Part shown: positions 1 to 8,436 of the stretch, one piece after another
Numbering within the stretch: position 1 is the first letter of the stretch
Layout: each line of letters opens with the position of its first letter
Virus record (IMG/VR): IMGVR_UViG_3300032234_000004
Span: 1 to 41,978 of that record
Strand: one strand, 5' to 3'
Source: a virus
Lineage: Duplodnaviria > Caudoviricetes
DNA length: 41,978 nucleotides
Position numbers and translations under genes: made by a program
Notes under the pieces: model-generated
What the model saw: only the letters and a program-made list of their open reading frames with translations
Database searches by the model: none
What the model was told of the DNA's origin: nothing

Positions 1-1
1 A

Positions 2-283
2 ATACAAGAGTTCACACCGGGCAAAGGACAAGACAAGATTTCTCGCGTAAACGCTGTCTCTTCACTGTTTCATAGCGGTATTGTGTGGGCACCACACAGA
101 CGTTGGGCGATGGAGGTCATAGAAGAGTGTAACGACTTCCCGTCTGGCATTAATGATGACTTGGTGGACTCGACCACGCTGGCTCTACTACGTTTCCGGC
201 AAGGTGGGTTTATTAGACTGCATAACGACGAACCTGAAGAAATTCAGCTGTTTAAGTCGAAGCGGCGTGCCGCTTACTATTAA
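2..283 (+). CDS. terL: Terminase large subunit, C-terminal nuclease domain (5'-partial)
   Basis: The frame is open from base 2 (IQEFTPGKGQDKISRVNAVSSLF...). It contains FPSGINDDLVDSTT, typical of the terminase RNase H-like C-terminus, and lies directly upstream of the portal gene. Confidence 0.88.
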   Translation: MQEFTPGKGQDKISRVNAVSSLFHSGIVWAPHRRWAMEVIEECNDFPSGINDDLVDSTTLALLRFRQGGFIRLHNDEPEEIQLFKSKRRAAYY

Positions 284-286
284 GGA

Positions 287-2761
287 TTGATCATGAGTAT
301 CGAGAAGGGATTGTACGCAGCCCCGTTGGGTTTAGAGCAGGCAGAGATGGAGCCTGACTTGGAGATTGAGATTGAAGACCCAGAAGCTGTGCGTCTGCGC
401 ACGGAAGGGTTGGAGATTGAGATCGAGCCTCGTGAGATGGACGACGAGGACTTTGAGGCGAACTTAGCTGAGTTCATATCAGACAGTGAGCTGTCGCTTC
501 TTGCCAGTGAGTTGATTGGCGACTACGAGGAGGATGTATCTAGCCGTAAGGACTGGGTGCAGACGTATGTTGACGGTCTTGACCTTCTGGGGATGAAACT
601 TGAAGAACGGACAGAACCTTGGGCAGGTGCTTGCGGAGTTACACACCCTCTTCTCACAGAAACACTCGTCAAGTTCCAGTCGGAAACGATCATGGAAACT
701 TTCCCGGCTGCTGGGCCGGTTAAGACGAAAATTATCGGTAAAGAGACTACTGAAAAGAAAGAGGCTTCTGAGCGAGTCAAAGACGACATGAACTATCGTC
801 TGACCGAAGAAATGCCTGAATACCGCCCTGAACACGAGCGTATGCTCTGGGGCTTGGGTCTGTCTGGTAATGCGTTCAAGAAGGTGTATTACGACCCGTC
901 CCTCGGACGGCAGACATCGATCTATGTTCCTGCTGAAGACGTAGTTGTGCCGTATGGCGCGTCATCACTTAGAACGTCGGAGCGTGTAACACACGTCATG
1001 CGTAAGACTCCGAACGAGCTACGCAAACTACAAGTCTCAGGCTTTTATCTTGACGTTGACTTGGGCGACCCAGTTAATACCATTGAAGAAGTCGAGAAGA
1101 AGATTGCAGAGAAGCTGGGCTTTAGAGCGACAACTGACGACCGCTATAAGCTCCTTGAGATGCAAGTTGACTTGGATTTGCCGGGCTATGAGGACGTAGA
1201 CGACGATGGTGAAGAGACAGGTATTGCTCTGCCATACATTGTAACTATAGAGAAGAGCACGCAGACGATTCTCTCGATCCGCCGCAACTGGAGACCCGAG
1301 GACAAGCTTCAACACAAGCGTACTCACTTTGTGCACTACGGCTACATCCCCGGCTTTGGCTTCTATTGCTTCGGTTTGATCCATTTGATCGGAGCGTATG
1401 CGAAGAGCGGTACGTCTATTCTGCGTCAGCTTGTAGACGCAGGCACGCTCTCTAACCTGCCGGGTGGTTTGAAAACACGCGGTATGCGTGTTAAAGGCGA
1501 CGACACACCGATCTCTCCGGGTGAATTTAGGGATGTAGATGTATCGTCAGGTTCTATCCGTGACAACATCTTGCCACTGCCGTACAAAGAGCCTTCGCAG
1601 GTTTTGTCTGGATTGATGAACCAGATCATCGAAGAAGGCCGTAGGTTTGCCAGCGCAGCTGATCTCAAGGTCAGCGACATGTCTGCCCAATCCCCCGTTG
1701 GGACGACGCTGGCTATTTTAGAAAGAACCCTGAAGATCATGTCAGCGGTTCAAGCGCGTATTCACTACGCGATGCACGAAGAGTTTCGACTTCTTAAAGA
1801 AATTATTCGTGATTTTGCGCCGGAAGAGTACAGCTACGAGCCAGTAGATGGTTCGCGTCGTGCGAAGCAGAGCGACTACGACCAAGTAGACGTGATTCCT
1901 GTAAGTGACCCGAATGCGGCGACGATGTCGCAGAAGGTTGTGCAGTATCAGGCAGTGTTCCAGCTTGCGCAAAGTGCTCCTCAGTTGTACGACATGCCGA
2001 TGTTGCACCGTCAGATGGTGGAAGTGTTAGGCGTGAAGAACGCAAACAAGTTAATTCCGACCGAAGACGACACTCGCCCGCGCGACCCCGTGACTGAGAA
2101 CCAGAACGTCTTGATGGGTAAGCCTGTCAAAGCGTTCCTGTATCAGGATCATCAGGCGCATATCGCTGTTCACATGGGTGCTATGCAAGACCCGAAAGTG
2201 CAGGAGATTCTGTCGCAGAATCCTAATGCGCAAGCGATGCAAGCGGCGATGATGGCGCACATTAATGAGCACGTCGGTTACGAGTACCGCAAGCAGATGG
2301 AAGCAGCGATGGGCATTACTCTTCCGAACTACGAGGAAGATAACGAGGCTGAAATTCCGAAAGAGATGGAAGTTCAAATCTCTCAAGCCGCAGCCCAAGC
2401 ATCACAACAGCTTGTACAGCAGCACATGCAGGAGGCCCAGCAACAACAGGCTCAGCAGCAGATGCAAGACCCGATCATCCAGATGCAGATGCAAGAGTTG
2501 CAGATCAAGCAGGCAGAAGTTCAGCGCAAGATCGCTAAAGATCAGGCCGACGCCCTTGCTCGTGAACAGCAGTTGCAGATTGAGCGTGAGCGGATCGACG
2601 CTCAGAAGGAGATTGCTGGTGCAAACATGGCGGTTAAAACACAGACTGACCGCATGAAAATGGATCGTACGCAGGAGAGTGAAGGCTTCCGTGCAGCGAT
2701 GACCTTGCAGCAGCAGCGTATGAATCAGCAGAATAGACCACCACAAAAAGGTAAAAAATGA
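287..2761 (+). CDS. Portal protein (P22-like, long Gln-rich C-terminal helical barrel)
   Basis: 824 aa, directly after terL. Acidic N-terminus, motifs such as GNAFKKVYYD and GFGFYCFGLIHLIG, and a Q-rich coiled-coil tail. Confidence 0.85.
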   Translation: MIMSIEKGLYAAPLGLEQAEMEPDLEIEIEDPEAVRLRTEGLEIEIEPREMDDEDFEANLAEFISDSELSLLASELIGDYEEDVSSRKDWVQTYVDGLDLLGMKLEERTEPWAGACGVTHPLLTETLVKFQSETIMETFPAAGPVKTKIIGKETTEKKEASERVKDDMNYRLTEEMPEYRPEHERMLWGLGLSGNAFKKVYYDPSLGRQTSIYVPAEDVVVPYGASSLRTSERVTHVMRKTPNELRKLQVSGFYLDVDLGDPVNTIEEVEKKIAEKLGFRATTDDRYKLLEMQVDLDLPGYEDVDDDGEETGIALPYIVTIEKSTQTILSIRRNWRPEDKLQHKRTHFVHYGYIPGFGFYCFGLIHLIGAYAKSGTSILRQLVDAGTLSNLPGGLKTRGMRVKGDDTPISPGEFRDVDVSSGSIRDNILPLPYKEPSQVLSGLMNQIIEEGRRFASAADLKVSDMSAQSPVGTTLAILERTLKIMSAVQARIHYAMHEEFRLLKEIIRDFAPEEYSYEPVDGSRRAKQSDYDQVDVIPVSDPNAATMSQKVVQYQAVFQLAQSAPQLYDMPMLHRQMVEVLGVKNANKLIPTEDDTRPRDPVTENQNVLMGKPVKAFLYQDHQAHIAVHMGAMQDPKVQEILSQNPNAQAMQAAMMAHINEHVGYEYRKQMEAAMGITLPNYEEDNEAEIPKEMEVQISQAAAQASQQLVQQHMQEAQQQQAQQQMQDPIIQMQMQELQIKQAEVQRKIAKDQADALAREQQLQIERERIDAQKEIAGANMAVKTQTDRMKMDRTQESEGFRAAMTLQQQRMNQQNRPPQKGKK

Positions 2762-2946
2762 ACGCTATAGAAGCGGCGGTTAAAGAACTAAGGGAGCGTC
2801 GGGCACAACTTTCCGACGCGTTAGCCAACAGATCGGCTAAGACCTTTGATGAGTACCAATTTATGTGCGGTGAAATTCGAGGTCTCACCGCCATAGAGTC
2901 TTACCTTATAGACCTCGCAAAACACATGGAGCACTTTGATGACTGA
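2758..2946 (+). CDS. Small conserved phage protein between portal and GroES
   Basis: 62 aa, helical. Overlaps the portal stop and the next gene's start. Confidence 0.7.
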   Translation: MNAIEAAVKELRERRAQLSDALANRSAKTFDEYQFMCGEIRGLTAIESYLIDLAKHMEHFDD

Positions 2947-3340
2947 ACTCGCCATCGCTACAGAAAGCGGTGAAGTATCTACACTGCCGGAAACACAAGA
3001 AGAGAAGGCAACGCAACTGCCACAACCTTCTGGCTACCACATTTTGGTAGCAATCCCTGAAATCGAAGCTAAATACGATAGCGGGATCATTAAGGCAGAC
3101 TCAACCATGCACTATGAGGAAGTCCTTAGCACGGTCTTTTTTGTCGTGAAGATGGGGCCAGATTGCTACAAAGACGCAAGCCGATTCCCTAGTGGGCCGT
3201 GGTGTAAAGAGGGCGATTTTGTCCTTGCACGCCCGAATAGCGGCACCCGTTTGAAGATTCATGGTCGGGAGTTTCGCCTGATCAACGATGACTCAATCGA
3301 GGGTGTTGTGGATGACCCACGCGGTATTTCACGAGCATAA
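2936..3340 (+). CDS. groES: Phage-encoded co-chaperonin GroES (Cpn10)
   Basis: P-x-G-x-x-ILV start, mobile loop with SGII, VVKMGPD, KEGDFV and a C-terminal G-x-EFRLINDDSIEGVV, all matching the Cpn10 pattern. Confidence 0.85.
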   Translation: MMTELAIATESGEVSTLPETQEEKATQLPQPSGYHILVAIPEIEAKYDSGIIKADSTMHYEEVLSTVFFVVKMGPDCYKDASRFPSGPWCKEGDFVLARPNSGTRLKIHGREFRLINDDSIEGVVDDPRGISRA

Positions 3341-3349
3341 GGAGAATAC

Positions 3350-4312
3350 ATGGACAAGGATGAATACAAGTTCCCCGATGAGGTAGACGAGACCAAAGCT
3401 TCAGCCCAAGAGGACGAAGACGAGGAGTTTACCGTCGAGATCGAGGACGATACCCCGGAAGAAGACCGTGGTAAGGAACCCCTCCCCAAAGATATAGTTA
3501 ATTCACTGGAAGCCCCAGAAGAAGGCGGCGAGTACCCTGACGAAGTAATTGTCAAGTTTAAGCAGTATAAAAAAGCTTGGCATGACGAGCGTAGGGAGAA
3601 GGAGAAAGCTTTCCGTGAGCAAGAAGAAGCTCTGCGGATAGCTCAAAGCATTCTTGAGGAGAATAAGCGCCTCAAGGCTACCCTCTCGTCTGGTGAGCAG
3701 GAGTACATCGCAACGGTCAAAGCGGCAGCTGAAACCGAAGTGGAAGTGGCGAAACGCAACTACCGGGAAGCCTACGACTCAGGTGACGCTGAGAAGTTAG
3801 TTGATGCACAGCAGGCCCTAGTAGATGCGTCCTTAAAGTTGGATCGTACGAAAAACTTTAAGCCCACTTTACAAGAGGAAGAAACTGAGGTACAACTGCC
3901 GCAAAGATCGCAACCTGACAACAAAAGTCAAGCTGCTGATCCAAAGTTTGCAGATTGGCAACGTCGTAACTCGAATTGGTTCCAGAAGGACGAGGAGATG
4001 ACCGACGCTGCAATGGGGTTGCATAAGAAGTTGTATCGTGAGTACGGCCCTGAATATATTGGTACTGACGATTACTACGAGCGCATCGACAAAACGATCC
4101 GCAAGCGATTCCCAGAAGCATTCCCCGATAGTGGGGGCTCTGAGCCACCAAAAGCTCAAAAAAGTAAACCGAGTACAGTCGTAGCTTCAGCTAAACGGAG
4201 CACGGCTCCGAAGCAGGTTAAGTTGACAGCGACACAAGCTGCGCTGGCTAAGAAATTTAAACTGACCCCGGAGCAATATGCCCGTGAAGTCCTCAAATTG
4301 GAGAACAGATAA
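3350..4312 (+). CDS. Putative capsid scaffolding protein
   Basis: Acidic N-terminus, central coiled coil and a C-terminal helix (LTATQAALAKKFKLTPEQYA). Upstream of the capsid genes, with SD aaggag. Confidence 0.65.
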   Translation: MDKDEYKFPDEVDETKASAQEDEDEEFTVEIEDDTPEEDRGKEPLPKDIVNSLEAPEEGGEYPDEVIVKFKQYKKAWHDERREKEKAFREQEEALRIAQSILEENKRLKATLSSGEQEYIATVKAAAETEVEVAKRNYREAYDSGDAEKLVDAQQALVDASLKLDRTKNFKPTLQEEETEVQLPQRSQPDNKSQAADPKFADWQRRNSNWFQKDEEMTDAAMGLHKKLYREYGPEYIGTDDYYERIDKTIRKRFPEAFPDSGGSEPPKAQKSKPSTVVASAKRSTAPKQVKLTATQAALAKKFKLTPEQYAREVLKLENR

Positions 4313-4758
4313 TGGCTGAAAATCGACTAACTCGTGAACTTGAAACCCGTACACAACAGGAACGCCCCAAGCAGTGGGCACCTGCTGAGCTACTGCCAGA
4401 ACCAGATAAGCAACCCGGTTTTGTGTACAGGTGGATTCGTGTCTCGACCTTGGATAAGGCCGATCCCCGTAACCTCTCGGCGAAGTTGCGTGAGGGTTGG
4501 GAGCCTGTAAAAGTGTCTGAGCAACCTAAATTTCAACTGCTAATCGATCCGAGCAGTCGCTTTAAGGACAATATCGAGATTGGTGGGCTGGTGCTTTGCA
4601 AGACGCCGCAAGAGTTTGTAGGACAGCGTAATGAATATTATGCGAACCAGACTCAAGCACAGACGACTGCAATCGACAACAGCTTCATGCGGGAAAGCGA
4701 TTCGCGGATGCCTCTTTTCTCTGAGAAGAAATCCTCGACATCGTTCGGCAAAGGTTAA
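4312..4758 (+). CDS. Conserved head-module protein of unknown function
   Basis: 148 aa, TAATG-coupled to the scaffold gene. Motifs YRWIR and LREGWEPV. Confidence 0.7.
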   Translation: MAENRLTRELETRTQQERPKQWAPAELLPEPDKQPGFVYRWIRVSTLDKADPRNLSAKLREGWEPVKVSEQPKFQLLIDPSSRFKDNIEIGGLVLCKTPQEFVGQRNEYYANQTQAQTTAIDNSFMRESDSRMPLFSEKKSSTSFGKG

Positions 4759-4778
4759 TAACTTTTTTGGAGTAAATC

Positions 4779-5420
4779 ATGGCTCAAACTGCGCCTTACC
4801 CAGTGATTGCAGCCCCCTACGGCCTAAAGCCAATCAATTTGATTGGTGGTCAGGTTTTTGCGGGCGCAACCCGTCAGTTGCCTATTACGACCTCTTCGGT
4901 CAACTACAACACCGCTATTTTTAACGGTGATGTAGTCCAATTGGCATCGAGCGGTACTATCATTATCTCAACTCTGGACACTGATACTTCTCCCGTTGCG
5001 GGCGTTGTTGGTGTTTTCCTCGGTTGCACTTACACCAATCCGGTGACTAAGCAACTGACTTTCTCCCAGTACTGGCCCGGTTTCGCCTCTGGCGTAACTG
5101 ATGCTCAAGCGTACATTGCTGACGATCCTGACCAGCTTTATAAGGTCGTGTCGGTTGGTGACACCGCTGACGGCACCGGTCTGGTTCCTGTACCTCTGGT
5201 ACAAACCACTCTGGGCAACAACGTGGTTCTGGTGTTGAACACCGGCTCGACCACAACGGGTAACTCTCGTATCGGCATTTACGCTAACGGCGTAACGACT
5301 TCACTGCCAATGCGTGTAGTTGATATGGTGCCTGACACCGAAACCACGACTGGTTTTGTTGAAGTGATCGTTAAGTTCAACTTCGGCTACCACTCGTATT
5401 ACAATGCCACAGGCGTATAA
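4779..5420 (+). CDS. Putative capsid decoration/minor capsid protein
   Basis: 213 aa, beta-rich and T/V/G-rich, immediately upstream of the major capsid gene, with SD ggag. Confidence 0.6.
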   Translation: MAQTAPYPVIAAPYGLKPINLIGGQVFAGATRQLPITTSSVNYNTAIFNGDVVQLASSGTIIISTLDTDTSPVAGVVGVFLGCTYTNPVTKQLTFSQYWPGFASGVTDAQAYIADDPDQLYKVVSVGDTADGTGLVPVPLVQTTLGNNVVLVLNTGSTTTGNSRIGIYANGVTTSLPMRVVDMVPDTETTTGFVEVIVKFNFGYHSYYNATGV

Positions 5421-5433
5421 GGGAGCTTAAATC

Positions 5434-6342
5434 ATGGCTATTTCACGCGCACAACTACTGAAAGAGCTTCTCCCCGGCTTGAACGCCCTGTTCGGTCTGG
5501 AGTATGCTCGTTACGGCGAAGAGCACAAGGAAATCTACGAAACCGAGACTTCCGAGCGTTCGTTCGAAGAAGAAACCAAGCTGTCTGGCTTCAGTGCCGC
5601 ACCGGTTAAGAACGAAGGTTCTGCAATCGCGTACGACAACGCACAAGAAGCATGGACTGCTCGATACAACCACGAAACCATTGCTCTGGGTTTCTCGCTG
5701 ACCGAAGAGGCCATCGAAGATAACCTGTATGACAGCCTGTCGGCTCGTTATACCAAGGCTCTGGCTCGTGCTATGGCTTACACCAAACAAGTTAAGGCGG
5801 CTAACGTCCTGAACAACGGCTTCTCGTCGTCCTATCCGGGCGGTGACAATGTCTCCCTGTTCAACGCTAACCACCCGCTCGTTTCCGGTGGCACCAACTC
5901 GAACATCCCAGCTACTGCTGCTGACTTGAACGAGACTTCGCTGGAAAACGCTGTGATTCAAATCGCTGCGTGGACTGACGAACGTGGTCTGCTGATCGCT
6001 GCTAAGCCGAAGAAGCTGATTGTTCCACCTGCTCTCCAGTTCGTTGCTACTCGTCTGTTGGAAACCGAACTCCGCGTCGGTACTAACGACAACGACATCA
6101 ACGCTCTGAAGAACAACGGTTCGATCCCAGAAGGCTATACGATCAACCACTTCCTGACCGATCCGAACGCATGGTTCCTGACCACTGATGTTCCTAACGG
6201 CATGAAGCACTTTGTTCGTAGCCCACTGGCTCAGTCGATGGACGGTGATTTCGACACTGGCAACGTACGTTACAAGTCTCGTGAGCGTTATTCGTTCGGC
6301 TGGTCTGACCCGCTGGGCATGTTTGGTTCGCAAGGCGCGTAA
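5434..6342 (+). CDS. Major capsid protein (HK97 fold, Mu gpT-like family)
   Basis: 302 aa with MAISRAQLLKELLPGLNALFG, KPKKLIVPPAL and DGDFDTGNVRYKSRERYSFGWSDP. Strong codon bias, followed by a terminator. Confidence 0.9.
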   Translation: MAISRAQLLKELLPGLNALFGLEYARYGEEHKEIYETETSERSFEEETKLSGFSAAPVKNEGSAIAYDNAQEAWTARYNHETIALGFSLTEEAIEDNLYDSLSARYTKALARAMAYTKQVKAANVLNNGFSSSYPGGDNVSLFNANHPLVSGGTNSNIPATAADLNETSLENAVIQIAAWTDERGLLIAAKPKKLIVPPALQFVATRLLETELRVGTNDNDINALKNNGSIPEGYTINHFLTDPNAWFLTTDVPNGMKHFVRSPLAQSMDGDFDTGNVRYKSRERYSFGWSDPLGMFGSQGA

Positions 6343-6345
6343 TAG

Positions 6346-6373
6346 AAAGGGGGGCTTTACGGCCCCCCTTTTT
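6346..6373 (+). terminator. Rho-independent terminator after the major capsid gene
   Basis: GGGGGGC (6349-6355) pairs with GCCCCCC (6362-6368), followed by TTTTT. Confidence 0.85.
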
Positions 6374-6384
6374 AGGTATATAAA
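6356..6384 (+). promoter_or_regulatory. Candidate sigma70-type promoter overlapping the terminator
   Basis: TTTACG (6356-6361), a 17-bp spacer, then TATAAA (6379-6384). Predicted start near 6391. Confidence 0.4.
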
Positions 6385-6390
6385 GGCAGT

Positions 6391-6472
6391 AAATCCGGGG
6401 TTTACCCGGTGCGCACGAACAGGCTCCCCGGCCTGACTTCATGCAGATCGGCGCACCTAACCGCATGAGGGA
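6391..6472 (+). ncRNA. Structured RNA element downstream of the capsid terminator (context matches the Mu-gpT-DE motif class)
   Basis: Three interleaved helices: 6395-6400/6426-6431, 6408-6418/6448-6457 and 6437-6444/6463-6470. The last covers the SD of the gene at 6481. Confidence 0.55.
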
Positions 6473-6480
6473 AAATTCAA

Positions 6481-6945
6481 ATGGCACTTTCTACCACCCA
6501 AAGTATTTGGCGTTCGGGCGGCGGCGATCAGACTCGCACCGCGTATTGTGGTTCCGGCCTGATGGCTGCACAGTTCTACATCGCTGACGCTTCCCCAGCT
6601 ACCGCTGGCACCCAAGTTAAAGTTTCTTCTGTTTCCGGCGCACCTTCGCTGATTCTACCTGCTGGCGCTGTTGTAGTTTCGGTAAGTATTACTGTTGAGA
6701 CTGGCTCTGGTACGTTTGATCTGGGCGCAACTGGCTATACCTCTGGTACCGCTGACAATAACTACATCGCTTCGGGCGTTACCGTTGCTTTGGGCACAAC
6801 TTCGGTTGGTTCAGTTGTAACAGGCGCAGCTTTGACTGAGCTGTCGTATGTGACTGTGACTGACAATACTTCGGCTTCGGGTGCAGTTACCGGCTTTATT
6901 ACTTACTTCGTCACCGATCCGCTGGTTGGTCAGCAGAACGTCTAA
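6481..6945 (+). CDS. Putative virion structural protein
   Basis: 154 aa, T/S/G/V-rich beta protein directly after the capsid gene. Confidence 0.65.
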   Translation: MALSTTQSIWRSGGGDQTRTAYCGSGLMAAQFYIADASPATAGTQVKVSSVSGAPSLILPAGAVVVSVSITVETGSGTFDLGATGYTSGTADNNYIASGVTVALGTTSVGSVVTGAALTELSYVTVTDNTSASGAVTGFITYFVTDPLVGQQNV

Positions 6946-6959
6946 TTGAGGAGCCTGTT

Positions 6960-7448
6960 ATGGCGATGCAATACGACGTAAAGTCATACCACGCGACAAA
7001 CTCTTCGCTTGCGTACGCGGATCGTACTCGGTTGAAGGGTGTAGTTATTTCGCCCTCAACTTCTGTGACGTTTAACTCATGCGTGGTTGACACGCAGGGT
7101 GCGTTGTCGGGTACGTACGATATTCCGGGGTCAACGACTTGCACGGTTACCATCGCTAATCACGGGCTTTCCAACGGCGATAGGGTTGGACTTAACTTTA
7201 CGACTGGTACAGCGGTAGACGATAGTTATGTTGTGGCGAACGTAACAACTAATACGTTTACTGTAACCACGGCAAGTCTGACTACCAGCGGTAATGTGAC
7301 GATGTATCCGAAGATTCTTACTGAGCTTGACTGTTCTTCGGGCACGTCGTTTTACACGTTGATTCCGGGTGAAGGCATTCTTGCGCGGGGCGGTCTGTTT
7401 TGCTTGCTACCGTCTACCTCAGTAACGATGACTATTTTCTACGGGTAG
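6960..7448 (+). CDS. Putative virion protein, paralog 1 of a tandem pair
   Basis: Shares MQxDVKS, NHG, LIPGEGI and a terminal TxFYG with the next ORF. SD gaggag. Confidence 0.7.
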   Translation: MAMQYDVKSYHATNSSLAYADRTRLKGVVISPSTSVTFNSCVVDTQGALSGTYDIPGSTTCTVTIANHGLSNGDRVGLNFTTGTAVDDSYVVANVTTNTFTVTTASLTTSGNVTMYPKILTELDCSSGTSFYTLIPGEGILARGGLFCLLPSTSVTMTIFYG

Positions 7449-7452
7449 CGCC

Positions 7453-7944
7453 ATGATGCAAACAGACGTTAAGTCCGCGATTGCAAAAAACACTGGGCTG
7501 CTGGTGACGCAGGTTCCCGTACGACTAAAGTCGATCACGGTGACAAGTGCAACTGTGTCCGCAAGAAATGTTGCTGTCTGCGATCCAACCGTCAATTCGT
7601 CTGGTACGTACTCGCGTACGAGTCCTAGCGCCACCATTACAGTCACGATAGTGAACCACGGTTTTGTTACTGGACAGCGCGTGTTTTTGGACTTTACGTC
7701 GGGTACCGGACGGGATGGCGTATATACGATCACAAAAACGGGCGACGACACGTTTACTTGTGCGGATGTGGCAACTACGACTACAAGCGGAAACGTCACA
7801 GCGTATAGCAGCATTGCTTTAGAGCTTGATACCTTTAATACGGTTGGCCTACCTGTACTGATCCCCGGCGAAGGCATCTACTGCCCTAACGGGATTTTTG
7901 TGGGTTGTGGCTCATCGGTAACTGCAACGGTGTTCTATGGCTAA
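7453..7944 (+). CDS. Putative virion protein, paralog 2 of a tandem pair
   Basis: Same motifs and nearly the same length (163 vs 162 aa) as 6960..7448. Confidence 0.7.
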   Translation: MMQTDVKSAIAKNTGLLVTQVPVRLKSITVTSATVSARNVAVCDPTVNSSGTYSRTSPSATITVTIVNHGFVTGQRVFLDFTSGTGRDGVYTITKTGDDTFTCADVATTTTSGNVTAYSSIALELDTFNTVGLPVLIPGEGIYCPNGIFVGCGSSVTATVFYG

Positions 7945-8191
7945 GACCCCGGCATGGCAGCGCAAGGAAGGTAAGTCCGAAAAGGGCGGATTGAACGCCA
8001 AGGGGCGTGCCTCTTATAACGCAGCCAATCCGGGGAAGCCCGGTCTGAAAGCCCCACAGCCGGAAGGCGGGGCTAGGAAGAAGTCATTCTGTGCCCGTAT
8101 GGAGGGTATGAAAAAGAAGCTGACTTCTTCGAAGACCGCAAAAGACCCGAACAGCCGGATTAATAAATCTTTGAGAGCTTGGAAGTGCTGA
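7937..8191 (+). CDS. Small basic conserved phage protein
   Basis: 84 aa, Lys-rich, with AWQRKEGK..GGLNAKGRASYN and SFCARM. Ends in WKC. Confidence 0.75.
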   Translation: MAKTPAWQRKEGKSEKGGLNAKGRASYNAANPGKPGLKAPQPEGGARKKSFCARMEGMKKKLTSSKTAKDPNSRINKSLRAWKC

Positions 8192-8193
8192 GC

Positions 8194-8433
8194 ATGGAAA
8201 TGACATATGTTTGGACTGGTGGCTTGACGCTGTTTACCGGTCTTTTTGCTTACATAGCGCATGAGAAGTTTTCTGAGCTTGCGCGGATTACGATCCTGTT
8301 GAACAGGACTCGTGAGGAGATCGCTCGTGATACCGTCACTAAAGCTGAAGTTGAACGGATTACTGACCACATTGATCAACGCTTTAACCGACTTGAGGCG
8401 AAGATTGATCAACTTATTGGGCAAAGGGGATAA
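8194..8433 (+). CDS. Small protein with an N-terminal hydrophobic segment and a coiled coil
   Basis: ATG at 8194 is preferred to the TTG at 8179. Hydrophobic N-terminus followed by heptad-like RFNRLEAKIDQL. Confidence 0.65.
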   Translation: MEMTYVWTGGLTLFTGLFAYIAHEKFSELARITILLNRTREEIARDTVTKAEVERITDHIDQRFNRLEAKIDQLIGQRG

Positions 8434-8436
8434 ATC

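Noticed and set aside
5455-6333. 292-aa minus-strand ORF opposite the major capsid gene
   Set aside because: It is a shadow ORF explained by the strong codon bias of the capsid gene, with no recognisable motifs.
6391-6472. Hammerhead ribozyme or tRNA interpretation of the structured RNA
   Set aside because: CTGAC is not followed by the CUGAnGA core, and there is no cloverleaf or T-loop.
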